Below are positions 26,574 to 39,591 of a DNA stretch of 64,000 nucleotides, piece after piece. The DNA is taken from positions 496,001 through 560,000 of the forward strand of contig JAPETS010000015.1 in NCBI GenBank assembly GCA_026023565.1, in the 5' to 3' direction. Position 1 is the stretch's first letter; each line of letters starts with the position of its first letter. The translations under genes were made by a program, and so were the position numbers. This DNA comes from Cirrosporium novae-zelandiae (taxonomy: Eukaryota). The notes below the pieces were generated by a model. The model was not told the DNA's origin. It saw only the letters and a list, made by a program, of their open reading frames with translations, and ran no database searches.

Positions 26574-27188
26574 CCTGGCATGACGGTGGTGGTCAAGTTG
26601 AGGATGAGGATGGGATGGATGCTTCACGTCATGCATTCAATCTAATTTACTGGGGATATCCAGGGACGATATTGTTTAGGATCCCTGCGGTCTTCTGCCC
26701 TAAGGGACATTACTACATCAAGGTTCACATGACACGACAATAGACTAGTTTGATCACGTGTAAGAAGCCCAAATGAAATTAGAAATCATTTATATTTGTA
26801 ACATTAAATTAGAATTGCCGATTGCCTTTTGGATTAGAGCTATTCACAAGCTTTATATGCCCTACTACTAGAACAGCGCCCAATAATCCCTGGAACGTTC
26901 AGAATTATGGTAAATACACTCTAAAAAAGATAACTGCACAACCAAAAGACCAAAAAAGAAGAGGGTGAAGACCCAGGCCATAGCCAGCAGGTGCGATGTT
27001 GAAAAGGTATGGGTATGTCTGGCTTCTTCGTCGAACATGTTGATGTCCTCCAATCAAGCTTGAACCCTTTGCGAAACCCAAATTTTATTATATGAAATCG
27101 TAGTGTGGCAACGGCCTGGGTCTGCCATGCAACAAGAGAAAAGAAAATTGCATGGCGACCCTCTAGATTTTGCAAGCCCGGAAGATGT

Positions 27189-30139
27189 CTAATTCGTCTT
27201 CTCGTGTTGCGTAGATACACGTTGAAGGGAGACGACTGCATTAAATGTTAGCTAAATGTTTTTGTTTTAGTAATAAGAGTGTACTTACCAAAGTCTTCCA
27301 GCGAACGTTGTTTCTGGTTTTGCTTCGGACTCTTTCCATGCATAAGGTTGTCAAAGCCAGTTGAGCCTTGGAGCAGATAGTACAAGCCACCAAGGACACA
27401 GAACACACCGAAGGAGAAAATCCAAATTCTCACAACAGCGACAATTGAAGTCTGTCCACCAACGAACCAACCAAATAAACAGAAGAACGTGGCAATAATA
27501 TCGACAACCAAGATAGCACCGGACAATTGCCAAGATGGAACCGAGGACCAGAATGGACCATTGGCACGTGTGATGAAGATGAGCCAATTCTCAGACAAGG
27601 AGATCTGGAGAAACAGGACCTCATCACGCTTACCAAAGTTCTGGACGATACCACCATTCTCGGATTCAGCAAGCATGGTGGTGAGGGCAATCCAAGTACC
27701 AACAGCGAGAATGCATCCGAGAAGGGTAGACATACCCCAAAGCTTAGGAAGGTTCCACTTGACTGGGGTCTTCGAGAACGGAGCATTGTCATAGGCGATA
27801 GCGAGAGTTGCAATATCAGCGAAAATGGCAATGAAGACCACAAGGTCTAAGTCGAGGGATTCGTTCAAGATAGTGATCCAGAGACCAAGGAAGATTTCAA
27901 GATGTAACGAAAGAGCAATACGGTAAACAACGTAGGCATACATTCTGTGGAAAATCTGGCGGGAAGTCTTGAGGGCATCAATAATGGCAGATAGACCAGG
28001 GGCAAGGAACACAATATCAGCAGCAGATCGAGCAGCATCAGATGCACCTTCGACAGCAATACCAGTATCAGCCTTTTTGAGGGAAGGAGCATCGTTGACA
28101 CCATCACCAGTCATGGCAACCAAGTAACCTCTTTGCTGAAGGATCTCGACGACATTGTACTTGTGTTGGGGGAAAACTTCAGCGAAACCATCAGCAGCCT
28201 CAACGAAATCATAAACCTCGGAACCAGGCATGGTACCACCACCACCAAGACCAAGGCGTTCAGCATTGTAGACATTTGTTCCGAGACCAAGTTGACGAGA
28301 AGTTTCACGAGCAATACCGACAGCATCACCAGTCAACATCTTGATGGACAAACCGAGAGTCTTGGCCTCGCTAATGGTACGAGCAGTATCATGACGAGGT
28401 GGGTCAGAGCAAGGCATTATACCAAGAATTTCCCAGGAGCCTTCACCACGCTTGCGAGCAACACCGAGAGATCGGAAACCACGGGTAGCAAACTCGGCGA
28501 CCTTGTTCTTGTAGGCGTTGTCAACCTCTTCAGGGATAGCGTGGTCTTCCTCGACAGTTCGAAGGACGAAAAGTGGCGCACCCTTAACACAGACGATTCT
28601 TTCACCTTGAGGAGACTCGACGACAGCTTGTACCTTCTTGGAGACAGGGTCGAAAGGATGGAATTCGAGGACCTTGTACTTGGTAAGGACTTGCTTGGCA
28701 CGAGGGTAGTACTTGAGAGATTTCAAGAAAGCCTTGTCGATAGCATCAATACCCTTCTTCTTGCGGGAAGCAGCCAAACAGGCAGTAAGCATAAGATCAT
28801 CTGGCTCGACACCAGCGACAGTATATGGTTCAGCGAGGGACAGCTTGTTCTTGGTGAGGGTACCAGTCTTGTCAGAGCAAAGGATTTCGACACCAGCGAG
28901 AGATTCGATGGCAGAAAGCTTCTGGACAATGGCCTTCTTCTTCGCAAGATAAGCAGCGCCGACGGCCATGGTCGTGGTAACGACAGCGGGGAGACCGACG
29001 GGAACACCAATGATGGTAATAGCGAGAGTGAACTCGAGGATTTTGACAATACCGTTGGAGCGATAGAAAGAAGCGATCCAGACAACAAGAAGGGTGGCAA
29101 TAACCAGAATAAGCAATACAGTTCCGATACCGTTGAGAACCTCAGTGAAATGACCAGTTCCGCTGGAAGCAGCGTTGACCAAGGCGGCAGCTCTTCCGAC
29201 GAAGGTGTTGTCACCAGTAGAAGAAACAACCATGAAAGCTTCACCACGCTTGACAGCCGAGGATGCGAACATCTCATCGCCATTGTGCTTGTCAACAGCG
29301 AGGGACTCGCCGGTGATGGCAGATTGATCAACCTGGAGAAAAGCGTCTTCGGTAACAACACGGCCATCAGCTGGAACAATAGTACCTTCTTCGATCTGAA
29401 GAATATCACCAGGAACGATCTGAGGAGCTTCGACTTCAGTCAGACGACCCTCACGGAGAACGGTAGCCTTGAGAGCAAGTGTTTTCTTGAGTTCATCGAC
29501 AATGCTGCCAGCTTGGAATTCTTGAATGAAACCGACACCAGCATTTAGCAACAACAGAGCACAGATAACACCAAAATCAACCCAATCTTCGAGACCGGCG
29601 GCGAGAACAGCGGCGGCTTCCATAACGAATTGAATGGGACCAATGAAGTAGCCAAGAAACTTGAGGATCAGGTTCTCCTTCTCTTCCTTCATTTGATTGA
29701 GACCATACTGCAGTAACGTCAGAACAGCTCAGCAACGAGCAATTGCGCTAGACATACCTTCTTTCTCCGTTGAGTGACTTCAGCTTCGGATAGACCAGTG
29801 CGAGTATCGGTTTGCAGTAATTCTTCGGGGACAGGACGAGCACCACCCGGCTCATCCACACGATCATCATCATCTTCGAAACCTAGCGACGAAGCAGTCA
29901 GTATCAATTAGCCGTAAGCGCAAAGCAGAAGACGGCGGCATACCTCCATCCTGTGACTCTAATTCCTCAATCAGAGCATCCATATCCTCATCATCACTCT
30001 CATCATCATCCATCACCGGCTTCTTCTCAGGATCGGCGATAGGCTGGTTCGCCTTTTCGCCGTCAAACTGACCACTTGGGATATCTCCAAGGTGATTGGG
30101 AGGGTTGGCCGAACCCTCGTGGGAAGCGTTTTCCGCCAT
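27189..30139 (-). CDS. PMA1: Plasma-membrane H+-ATPase (P3A); exons about 30139-29944, 29882-29758, 29707-27289, 27235-27189
   Basis: CSDKTGTLT phosphorylation site, [28 protein letters not shown]. The last intron yields the conserved regulatory tail [21 protein letters not shown]. Confidence 0.98.
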
Positions 30140-33100
30140 TGCAGAGGTTATTGATTAAATAGCTGAATAACCAAGAATTAAGTTAATAATGGCAGGCGAA
30201 AGACCAATTCTTTAGACACAGGTAAATAGCAGTAGTGTCGAGTTCCTAGGTATTTCGTGGATTTGTTTGGTGTTTTTTGAGTTGATTGTTTTGGTGTGTT
30301 GCGATCCCGGCCGTTCCTTCCGTTGACGGATTTGTGGGTGTTTGGGGGGGGGTGTTCTATCTCTTGCCGGATAAATGCCGAGGGCCAAGAGTGGCAGACG
30401 CTCGAGGTGAGCTCTGCAGGAAGGTAAAGCGTTCGATGGGAAAGGGGGGGGGAGAAGAGAGCAGCTCCTTCGGTGACGAGATGTTAGACAAGTGTGAGAA
30501 GAAGGTCTACATGAGAAAAAGAAAAGGAATCACTGGGAGGGGTTGAAGAGTTTTAATACTTTCAGTGACCGAAGAGCATGGGGGAGGGAGCTTGGGCGGG
30601 CACCATACGGTTAGACAAGTTTTTTTTTCCCTCTCGCACAGGTATTCGTTTCAATGGAGAGCTCTTCCAAAGTCGACCAGAGCTTGTTGAGGGAAGGTTT
30701 AGGTCGGGGCGAGAGACTAAGAGAATTAAGCCAAGTAGTAGACCTTAACTCACCTAATTGAACGGATAGAAAAGAGTGATTTTAGCTAAAAGGATAGCAA
30801 TGGTGCCAATTTAGCCATTTCAAGGTAAGATCCTAGGAGCAATGACGATTTGTCCCTCGGGTCCTTTGGGGGTCTTGGAGTCTCAGCAATTCTTAGTCTT
30901 AGCAGTAGGTAAGCATACCACCCAACTTCTCAGCTTCCTAACTTCCCTTTTCCCAAGAACATGTTAGCTTGACTACAGAATAACTTCAATTAACATACTT
31001 TTCTTACCAAAGTCACCTAAGCAGTATCTTGTAATTTAAAAACAATATTACCTTTTCAACCCATTTACATACAATACAGTTTACATACGTGATGACTAGC
31101 CGATGATGAGTGACTCTTTACATGTTGGTATTTTGGTATTTTGGTATTTACCGCTGTCTGGTTCTGGTTCTCTAGCTTTCAGAGCCCTGCCAAAGCTTGA
31201 AAAGAATGACCCGCACTAGCAATTTTACCAATCATGGTTAGTTCAATCATCCAAAATTTCCCTCATCATTCAATCATATCTGCCATATCTCACAGCTTTG
31301 TTGGTCATTCCGTATCAGCCGAGAATGGATGAAAATTCTCAGGTGTAGCTTTGAGTTCGATTGCAACCTCGTCTGCCTCACCAACCCCAGGCACGCCAGG
31401 CCATCCCCCCCGGTCCGAAACAATACCATTACTCTGATGGTCGGGAATTGAAAAGAGATTTCCTGTCAAGTTGCGATAACAGCAAGTCTTTTTGCTGCTT
31501 GTCTGTCATTCCTTCCCATTACCCGTCTAGTATCGCCCATGACATGAAAGACAAATAATCGCGCATCACTCTCACTCTCACTCTTACTCACCTACGAAGT
31601 CCTCAGAACGCTTCAGTGCACTTGAAAATGCCGCATTTCCAAAAACCGCTCATTTACTCTTTTGAACACGTCTGATTGATTCCAAATTTACCCGTAGACT
31701 CTTCAGCGGTCAACCCATTTCATCAATCTTAGTTGCCTCTTGCGACGTAACATGCCTTGAGCCAAGAGGAACGCCACTGTTGGTGGTCTCTTTCTAAACA
31801 CGTCCAGAGATCACCACAGTTTGCTGGGGCCAAAATCCCTCAATTACGCCTTCTCTATCTATCTTGGTCGTCAGCCAGCCAGCCAACCCCCTGAGCTATT
31901 ATACTCAAGCATATAAACAATCAATAGAAGAAATTGTTGATTGCAACCAACCCATAAGAGTATGATTGATAAATAAAATAAAAAAAAAGGAGCATTGAAA
32001 ACAAGCTGGTGGGCTGTTGAATCTAATGAAGTCTTGGTTATGAAGTAATAATTATCTACTTTGAGGTTTGGGAGACCCTGCATCTCTATCGTAATTTGTT
32101 GATGCACGACTTGAATTATCCTCCAAATCTCCACCGCTGTTATTTACCACAAAGAACATCACTGTAAGCTGTAGCCCTACCCTGCCTTCCTTTCACTTAC
32201 CCGTCACGCCCGCCTAACGCTTCAGTCTCCACGTACGGGTTATCCGCCTCTTGAGAGATGAGATGCTACCAGCGAAAGCATATCTCTATAATGACATTCG
32301 AGAGTTGGTCTCTTTTTACTACTAAAATAGAATAACGATAAATATATCATATCTTATTCCAGTACAGTTTACAGATGATCTTGAGAAAGCAATTACTCCA
32401 ATTTTTTTTTTCCTTCTGTGGGGTACCTGCTTTAGTTCTTTGGTTCTTTGGTTCTCCATCTTTCTCTCCATTCGGTGCCTTGTCGTACAAACACGCGAAT
32501 ACGCAAACACCTGAAGACCTTGAACCAGCTTCGCTTAGCTTCTCTTCTTATCCTGAACAATTTGAGTGAAACGGGAAATTCACATTGTCCTAAAATCAGG
32601 ACATATATTGATCACCATTAAAACTACCAAGTCCCATTTGTATCCACAACTGTCTGGTCTGGCCTTCAAGACACAACTGGAAAAAGCCCCCAGATCTTGG
32701 AAATCTCGGTTTACGGATGAAGGCCGCGGCTAATTAAAACTAAGTTGAAGCTGACACCTTAGATACAAGATGCTTCACAGAAGTATGCACGATTGCATGC
32801 ACAATCCTTGTGACATGGTTGAGTGATGAAGTCAATGAAAAGTCAATGGTTGATGACTGAGGACTGATCCAATCATCATCTGCAAATATGAGTGGTGCCG
32901 TTTCACTCTGGACGTAATACGCCATCTGGGTCCTCTCCCCACCCGATAAAACGGCGAGGACCATTGCTAGAGCGATGGGAAGCACGGCATGAAGGCGCAT
33001 TAGACAAAGTGCATGTTTTGAAATAATCTAAGACTGTCTATTAAGATATATCGAGAGAACTGACTGGCATGGGTTTGATATGAGTAAGAAGCTGGGAAAG

Positions 33101-34992
33101 GTAATCATATAGTTTTAGTTATTTAGAGTAGTTTGCAACAATTTCACTTTGACAAGTTGACAAGATGACAAGCCAACAAGCCAATGGTAGAATATTTTCG
33201 GCTTTCCCCGGAAGGGGTGATTATGACGGCATTCCTTGGATGATGTTCCCTCTGAAAAACTCAGGATTTAGGAGCTTAGAGGGAATAAATGTGGGAGAGA
33301 AGGGCCTCGTCCATTGCCCATCATCATCCCAGACAATAAATATCTCTATGAAGATAGGATGAGTTAACAAAAGTATCCTACGGGTAGCATCTGTCATGCT
33401 AATATGGCTCGACACCACTAAAATGATGATGCTACCCAGCTAAAATCTGCCACTCCCGTTCTTTTATTTTATTTTTCAATTTTTTCTTCTTCTTCAAAAG
33501 AAGACTTGCACCGAATCCGGCTTTTCGTCGGAAGAAGCCATAAAGGAAAGGCGGATTGGTTGCCTCGACAAAGTTGTGGTTACTCTTCCTAGTACGGTTT
33601 AGCGTCATTTCTATCACCATGGTGGTCTGTCTCATCTCCAATTTCCTCTTTTTCTCCATCGTCCTCCAGCCCTCCAGTCTTTTGGGCCCTCCCAGTCTCC
33701 ATCTTGTCGGCGGTTTTTCATCCCCAAACTATAGCCAAAAAAGTGCCGTGCCGCGGTCAATTTGACGAACCTTAAGGACCCAGGACGAAACAATAACTAG
33801 GCACTTATCCGTATTCGGGTTATTGGCGTGGACCCTGCTCGCCGGTCTCGTTTTTGACGGACGATCATTAAGGGACCGAAAGCACCGAAGGGGCATGCAA
33901 GCAATCCATGCTTTTTTTTTTCGTTGCCAGATGGTTCTGTGCCAGGTGGATAGGTTATTTGGCTACGGGTTACCTAAACGGGGCTATCTTGCGGATAAAG
34001 CAATAATAAACAGAGATAATTGGCGTCATGATCCTATAGCAAATCTCACAATCTTGCAGGACCGACGTACTCTAGTTGGTAGTATTTCTCGGCGTCGGAG
34101 ATATCAAGAAGGCGATGCCTCTAACGTGTTACTCTCTTTTCCTCTCATGATTACCTAGACACGCGGGTCCCAAAATAAAGAGGACTCATAAATTCCTTTC
34201 CCTGAGCCAGCCTACGTGCCTACGCCCACCCCCCAAAAAAATATCCTAGGGAGGCCTTCAAAATCAATTTTTAATTTCAATAACAATTCAACTTGAAGAC
34301 CTCCCCAAAGTCCTAGAATATATAAAAATTGATTTTGTTTAAAGGCCTCCCCAGGAAAAATAATAATTAAAAAAAAAAGGAATTTGTGAGCCCTGTTTAT
34401 TTTGGACCCGCGTGCTAGGTAACTAATAGAGAGTATGATTACTTTTTTTTGTAGTAAGGAACCATGAATGCTTCTAGAAAATTCACTCATACAAAGCAAT
34501 TTATCCAAGGAACTTATCCACAGGCGTAAAATGAAGCTATGATATCTGACTATGGCCGACCGAGCAGGTCGGTGAAATCGGCCAGGTCATCTCCGAAGTT
34601 TGATCTCACGCATGTGGTTCTGGCGGCAAGCCCAAAAGGCCAAAGGCGCTTCACCGCCGTCGCCTCTTCTCCCGGACTCTCCACAACCTGACGTCTCTCT
34701 TTGACGGCGCAATTGTTATCGTATTTCCTAAATAGGGTTTGTTTTGAATGAATGAGTGAATAGAAAAAAAAATAATAACTTTCTCCACTTTATTTGGACC
34801 ATCATTCTTGCGCCATTTTATTTTATTAAAGTAACTATGGAACTTATTCCGAGTATCTTCTGTGCTGCATGATGACCCATATATTGTGAGAAGAAAAACA
34901 TGGAATGGAAGCTTCGAACGCTCTACTTTCTCTACCAAAACCATATGAATTTTTCCCTGCATATCAACCAACAGGCGAGTTGCAGATGAGTG

Positions 34993-36706
34993 CTTGGCTT
35001 TGGAATGGGTCCCTCAGACCGACCGAAGTACCCGAAGGACCCTCGATGATCATCATCATCTTACAGATTAGCAAGAGTTAAATAGTTTTACCCCATCTTT
35101 CTCACAAATAAACAGTAACGGGAAAAAGGGGCATGACTAACTTATCTATTTTACCTATCGTATTTTGTGGATTTGATATTTGTTAATTGTTATCACGGCA
35201 TCTTTCCTCCGACCTTACCTATACATCTCGGCAATTGCGGCGGGAGGAAAGGCAAAGGGAAAAGTTTCTTTGATGAAGGACCTGGGACTGGAACATTCAT
35301 CGTCTGCTTGGGTTGAGGTAACAAGGTGACATGGTGACATGGTGCTGACCAAATTAAGTATTTCAATACCGTTCCGATTTCGGTCACGGGTATTTAATAA
35401 TTGTAATATTTGTATTATTTGTATTATTTGTCTTATTATTCCTCTCACCCAACTACGGCGGCCAAGGGTGCCAAGAAATGTTCAAAAGTATCTCCAGTCC
35501 AGCTCTCTCCAAATACACTGTCAACTTCAAACTTCAACCTTCATAATTACATACTCGATCAAAATCATCCCCGTGCTGCCAACGTCCAGTTCTCTATCAG
35601 ACTTCAAGCCCCCTCCAACGACTTTCCCAAACCTGGGGTTCCCCAAATTTCGAACACCCCTTAGGATCTTCAGCTTTTCAAGTTACAAGATTCGATAGTC
35701 TAACTGGTCATTTATTTGGTATTTGTCCTCCTGGTTTCTGCAGAAGCTATTTCGAGTGATTTCGAGTTGTTTTGATGAGCCAAGCTGTAGATCTCCAGCA
35801 ACAAGATCTCTTGGCCTTGAACGTCTACATCCAAGAAGCTTGGCAGGGCAGACTTGGAACTTTCAAAGTTACTACTCGAAGCTTTCTGCGTATTTTGTGC
35901 CACAACTTCCACAATACTGAGCCCAATATCAAAGCTCCAGCCCACCAAATAGCCAATGCTTCTAAAAACACTACTACTCCAATTCCCCCGGAGCTTTGCA
36001 AAGTAAGAATTCAAAAACAAAGAAAAATCACGACCAAAATTGCAGATCTCCCGCGCTGGCTAAATTGCACAAGAACCAAAGACCTCCTATCTTATCTTGG
36101 CAGGGTGAAATTATAGAAGAAAAAAGGAGAATTATAATGTGTATCTACGAAGGCTGATGTTGACTTTGTTGGATGCCGAAGATCATTGCTACAGAATGAA
36201 CGCACACAGCTTCTTGGCCTTTGAAGTACGCGTTGCCAAGCCTTGGTACTGCATCTCCTTCTGACCCCTTACCTTGCCTCGTCCATTTACAAGATATGGG
36301 GGGCCTGATGAAAGCCCACTAAAAGTTTCCGACCATGCTCCAATTTTCAAGATTAAGCAAGGCCTCTAGGTTATCCATGAGTTGTCCACCATTTATGGTT
36401 TTTCTTTACATCGTTACGCGTTTTATGACTTAGGAGATGGTATTTCTTCCTTGTCCCTCCATTTATGAGGTTGCTGGTTTTTTGCGTGACACGAAAACCT
36501 CCGGGCATTGCCTCAGAGCCTCGGTTTCCGAACTGTCTTGTTCATCAACTCAGGAGCCATGATAGCTTTGAGATGTTACCTCACTCAATCAATATCTTTA
36601 GCAAAGCGTATAGGCAGTCGTCTAGAGATCACCTACTCTACCAAACAACGTGGTACGTAAGAAGAGTCAACTGATCAACTTTTCTAGGTTTTACAGCTTC
36701 CTTGGC
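34993..36706. promoter_or_regulatory. Cluster of ten GCCAAG/CTTGGC (PacC/Rim101-type) sites
   Basis: Sites at 34993, 35461, 35470, 35779, 35810, 35839, 36096, 36213, 36235 and 36701. Function is inferred only. Confidence 0.5.
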
Positions 36707-37283
36707 GGCATCCACTGTGATGAGTAAGATTCCGGTTTATGGGCTACAGGAGGACGTCTTTATTAGCAATTCAGGTAGTATATATGAACAGAGTGAGAGC
36801 GAGTTCCAGCTGATGGCCACGAGAAAGTGCAAGACTCGCATTTTCCATCTTTGCTCGTGGAACTGACTGAGAGCACCCCTAAGAACAGAACCAGACTTCA
36901 TGACTAGCTCCTGGGAAGGTTACCCAAATTATTCCAGGGTTCAAGCTAGAAGCCCAGTCTTTCGCCAGCTTTCCGGTATCTTGGGACAGAGAAGAACTCC
37001 TTCGGAGTATGAAAGAGTTACTAGCTCTCCAGAATTGGATGTTGTCATATTTCATAGAGAGCTGCTATACATAAATAGCGCCTTGATTCCTTACATATAC
37101 TCAGTATTTCCATCATCTTATCTTCACGCCTTTATATTCTATCCTCATATTACTTCTAAAGCCCGTAACTCTAATAAGCTCCAAAGTAACAAGACAATTT
37201 CCTCCGAGCAATCTTCTCTCTCACCCCAGTCGGTCCAATTTCATCCTATCCCGATATAAATGCTCACAAGCATTTAGTATAAC

Positions 37284-37402
37284 ACATACGACCACAGGCT
37301 CAAGAGAACTGGGCATCCCGTCTGCTCTGCCATACATAAGCTCGAGACCGGCTGATTAGTAGTTGGGTCGGTGACGACCAGCGAATACCAGCTGTTGTAT
37401 GT
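37284..37402 (+). rRNA. 5S rRNA (dispersed copy 2)
   Basis: ACATACGACCACAGGCTCAAGAGAACTGGGCATCCCGTCTGCTCTGCC...GCGAATACCAGCTGTTGTATGT; TATAAA at 37255-37260 (about -29) and a downstream T-run terminator. Confidence 0.96.
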
Positions 37403-39591
37403 TTGTTTTTTTGCTTTCATGTTGTATGTGTGGTACGGGTAAGAGATGATGTGGAGGGGGGTCTTGTTGGGAGCGAGGGATTGAAACGTCGGAACAACGT
37501 GAAAAGCGAAGAATCTTAAGATGGAGAAAGAAACCGGGTGCAATGGAAATGGTGGTCATCAATATATGCATAACAGTAATACATAGCCGTATAAACGCAG
37601 TATACAAAATATCCCCCATGGAAGATATAGAATATAAACCCCATACTACCAACAATCCCTTGGTACCGAACAAATCCCTATCATATCTCTCTGTCTCAAT
37701 ACCTCTCTCCCTATAAAAACACACTTAACAACTTATCCTCAACCCTTTTTTCTTTCTCTTTCGATTACAATATAGTAAGCGATCCATGTTGTTAAAGGCC
37801 TTTAGGTTAAATTAGTTCATAACATTCATCTATGACAGCTCTCTAAACGCAATTGGTTGGTTGGTTACAAATAAGGGTTTGTATTCATACTTATACGATG
37901 CTATATAGAGAGAGATATATATTGTATTCGAAGTAGCCAATCTGGAGAATAAAATAAAATAAAAATGTAAACATCTTTCTTTTCTTTCTTTTTTCTCTCT
38001 TCCCATAAAACCCCCCAACTTATGAAAACAAACCCAAACAAAACAATACGACTAACTGACTAGGTTACATAAATAAAACCAATATAACTATTGAAAGAAA
38101 CAAGTAAAAGGTACTTTAGCCTTTATAATAAGCCAAAAAATAAAATAAAAGTCGAATGAATGAAATATCCGTTAATTTATAGTAGTGGATTTCACAATGT
38201 TCAGTCATGCATACATACATACATATAGATATATAGATATATATAACCTAGATACCCCATAACAAAAACAACAATAAGCCAACAAACTAACGTATAAATA
38301 TATCCACCATCAATTTCCCTTCGTCATCATCATTCATCCCAAGATCCAAGGTGCCATTCCCCCTCATTTTTTTCTTTTTCCCTTGTTTGCATTCAAACAC
38401 GAGCTATCTATCCCAGAGGATATCGCAAAACTATACCTACACGCCAAGCTATGGAAACGGAACGGGGTGGGGGGTATATAAAATCAAAGATTAAAAAAAT
38501 AGGATTAGAATCGGTTGGAGGGTTTTGAGAGAGAAGGAGGAAGGGGGGGAGGAGACATGACATGGCCATGGGAGTCGTGGAGTATATATATACCTCATAC
38601 TTATACTTATACTTGTTACCAAATGGATGGATGGATGGGCCTGTGATTGTGGTTGTGATTGCGAGTAGGTATGTATGTATATATGTATGTAGGTGAGTAG
38701 GTACCTAGGTAGATAAATAACCCAAGTAATCAACACACAAATCCCCATCCATCCATCCATCATGATCTACCTCACTCCAAATCTCAAAGTCCCTCAACCA
38801 ACCAACACCGAAAAGCTATCAATCAATTAGATCAACAGCCCCACAAAACAATCCAAAACATCTCTCTTCTTTCTACAAAAGTAACAATTACAAGAAAGAT
38901 AACCAACAGTCAAAATTGAAATGAAGCTTTTTTTTTATACACGTAGAGGAGGATCTGAACGATCTATCTATAATCTATCTATAGCCAGTAGAGTGCGCAA
39001 TCAAGGCAGCCGGCAAACTAGACTTTAGACCTAGACTTAAGACTGGTCCACTGGTTTGGTGGAGGGACCAACCACCACCACCACCACCACTACCACCAGT
39101 GCATACCCATCCATATCGATACCTGTCCTTCCTCGAAAAATAAAAGAGAAGGGGAAGAAGAAGCCATTACAAACAATAACTAGAGGAGAAAGAGAAACCC
39201 ATCATAAGCTAGCTAGGACCGATGGCATCATCTCCAAAACCAGGCCAAATGGTAGCCAGGTATTTTTTTTCAAGCAATCGGTTTATAGCTCTGAGCATTT
39301 TTCATCCCCCCTTCCCTTTGTGCACGCACAATGGTATCAACGCCGAAAAACAACAACACAAAAGTGATTTCCATTCCTCCATTTCCTTTGCCCTTGGAAG
39401 TGGCAATGCGCATATTCACATCGATCGAGAACAACCCAACTTGAAATCAAGTGATATCAAGGGTGTTTTTCATATCAGCCACCTACGCCATGTGCAAAGT
39501 AAAGAACCCCCATACAAAAACCACCCGTCATGCGCCAGAGCTTTTCTTTGGTACAACCCTAATTGAAGCATCCCTTTAGAACTCCGGGTTT

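Noticed and set aside
26822..26840. TTGCCTTTTGGATTAGA, resembling the U2 snRNA 5' stem
   Set aside because: The branch-pairing GTGTAGTA and the Sm site do not follow.
28133..29548. 471-aa ORF antisense to PMA1 (and similar shadows over GH28, CIT1, RPC2 and NRD1)
   Set aside because: Entirely inside a highly expressed gene whose codon bias suppresses antisense stops; no recognisable motifs.
30507..30512. ATG-TAG start-stop uORF upstream of PMA1
   Set aside because: Six-base feature that may lie upstream of the transcription start; cannot be supported.
38200..38710. (TGTA)n runs downstream of NRD1 as autoregulatory Nrd1/Seb1 sites
   Set aside because: Occur on both strands amid many other microsatellites; no specificity.
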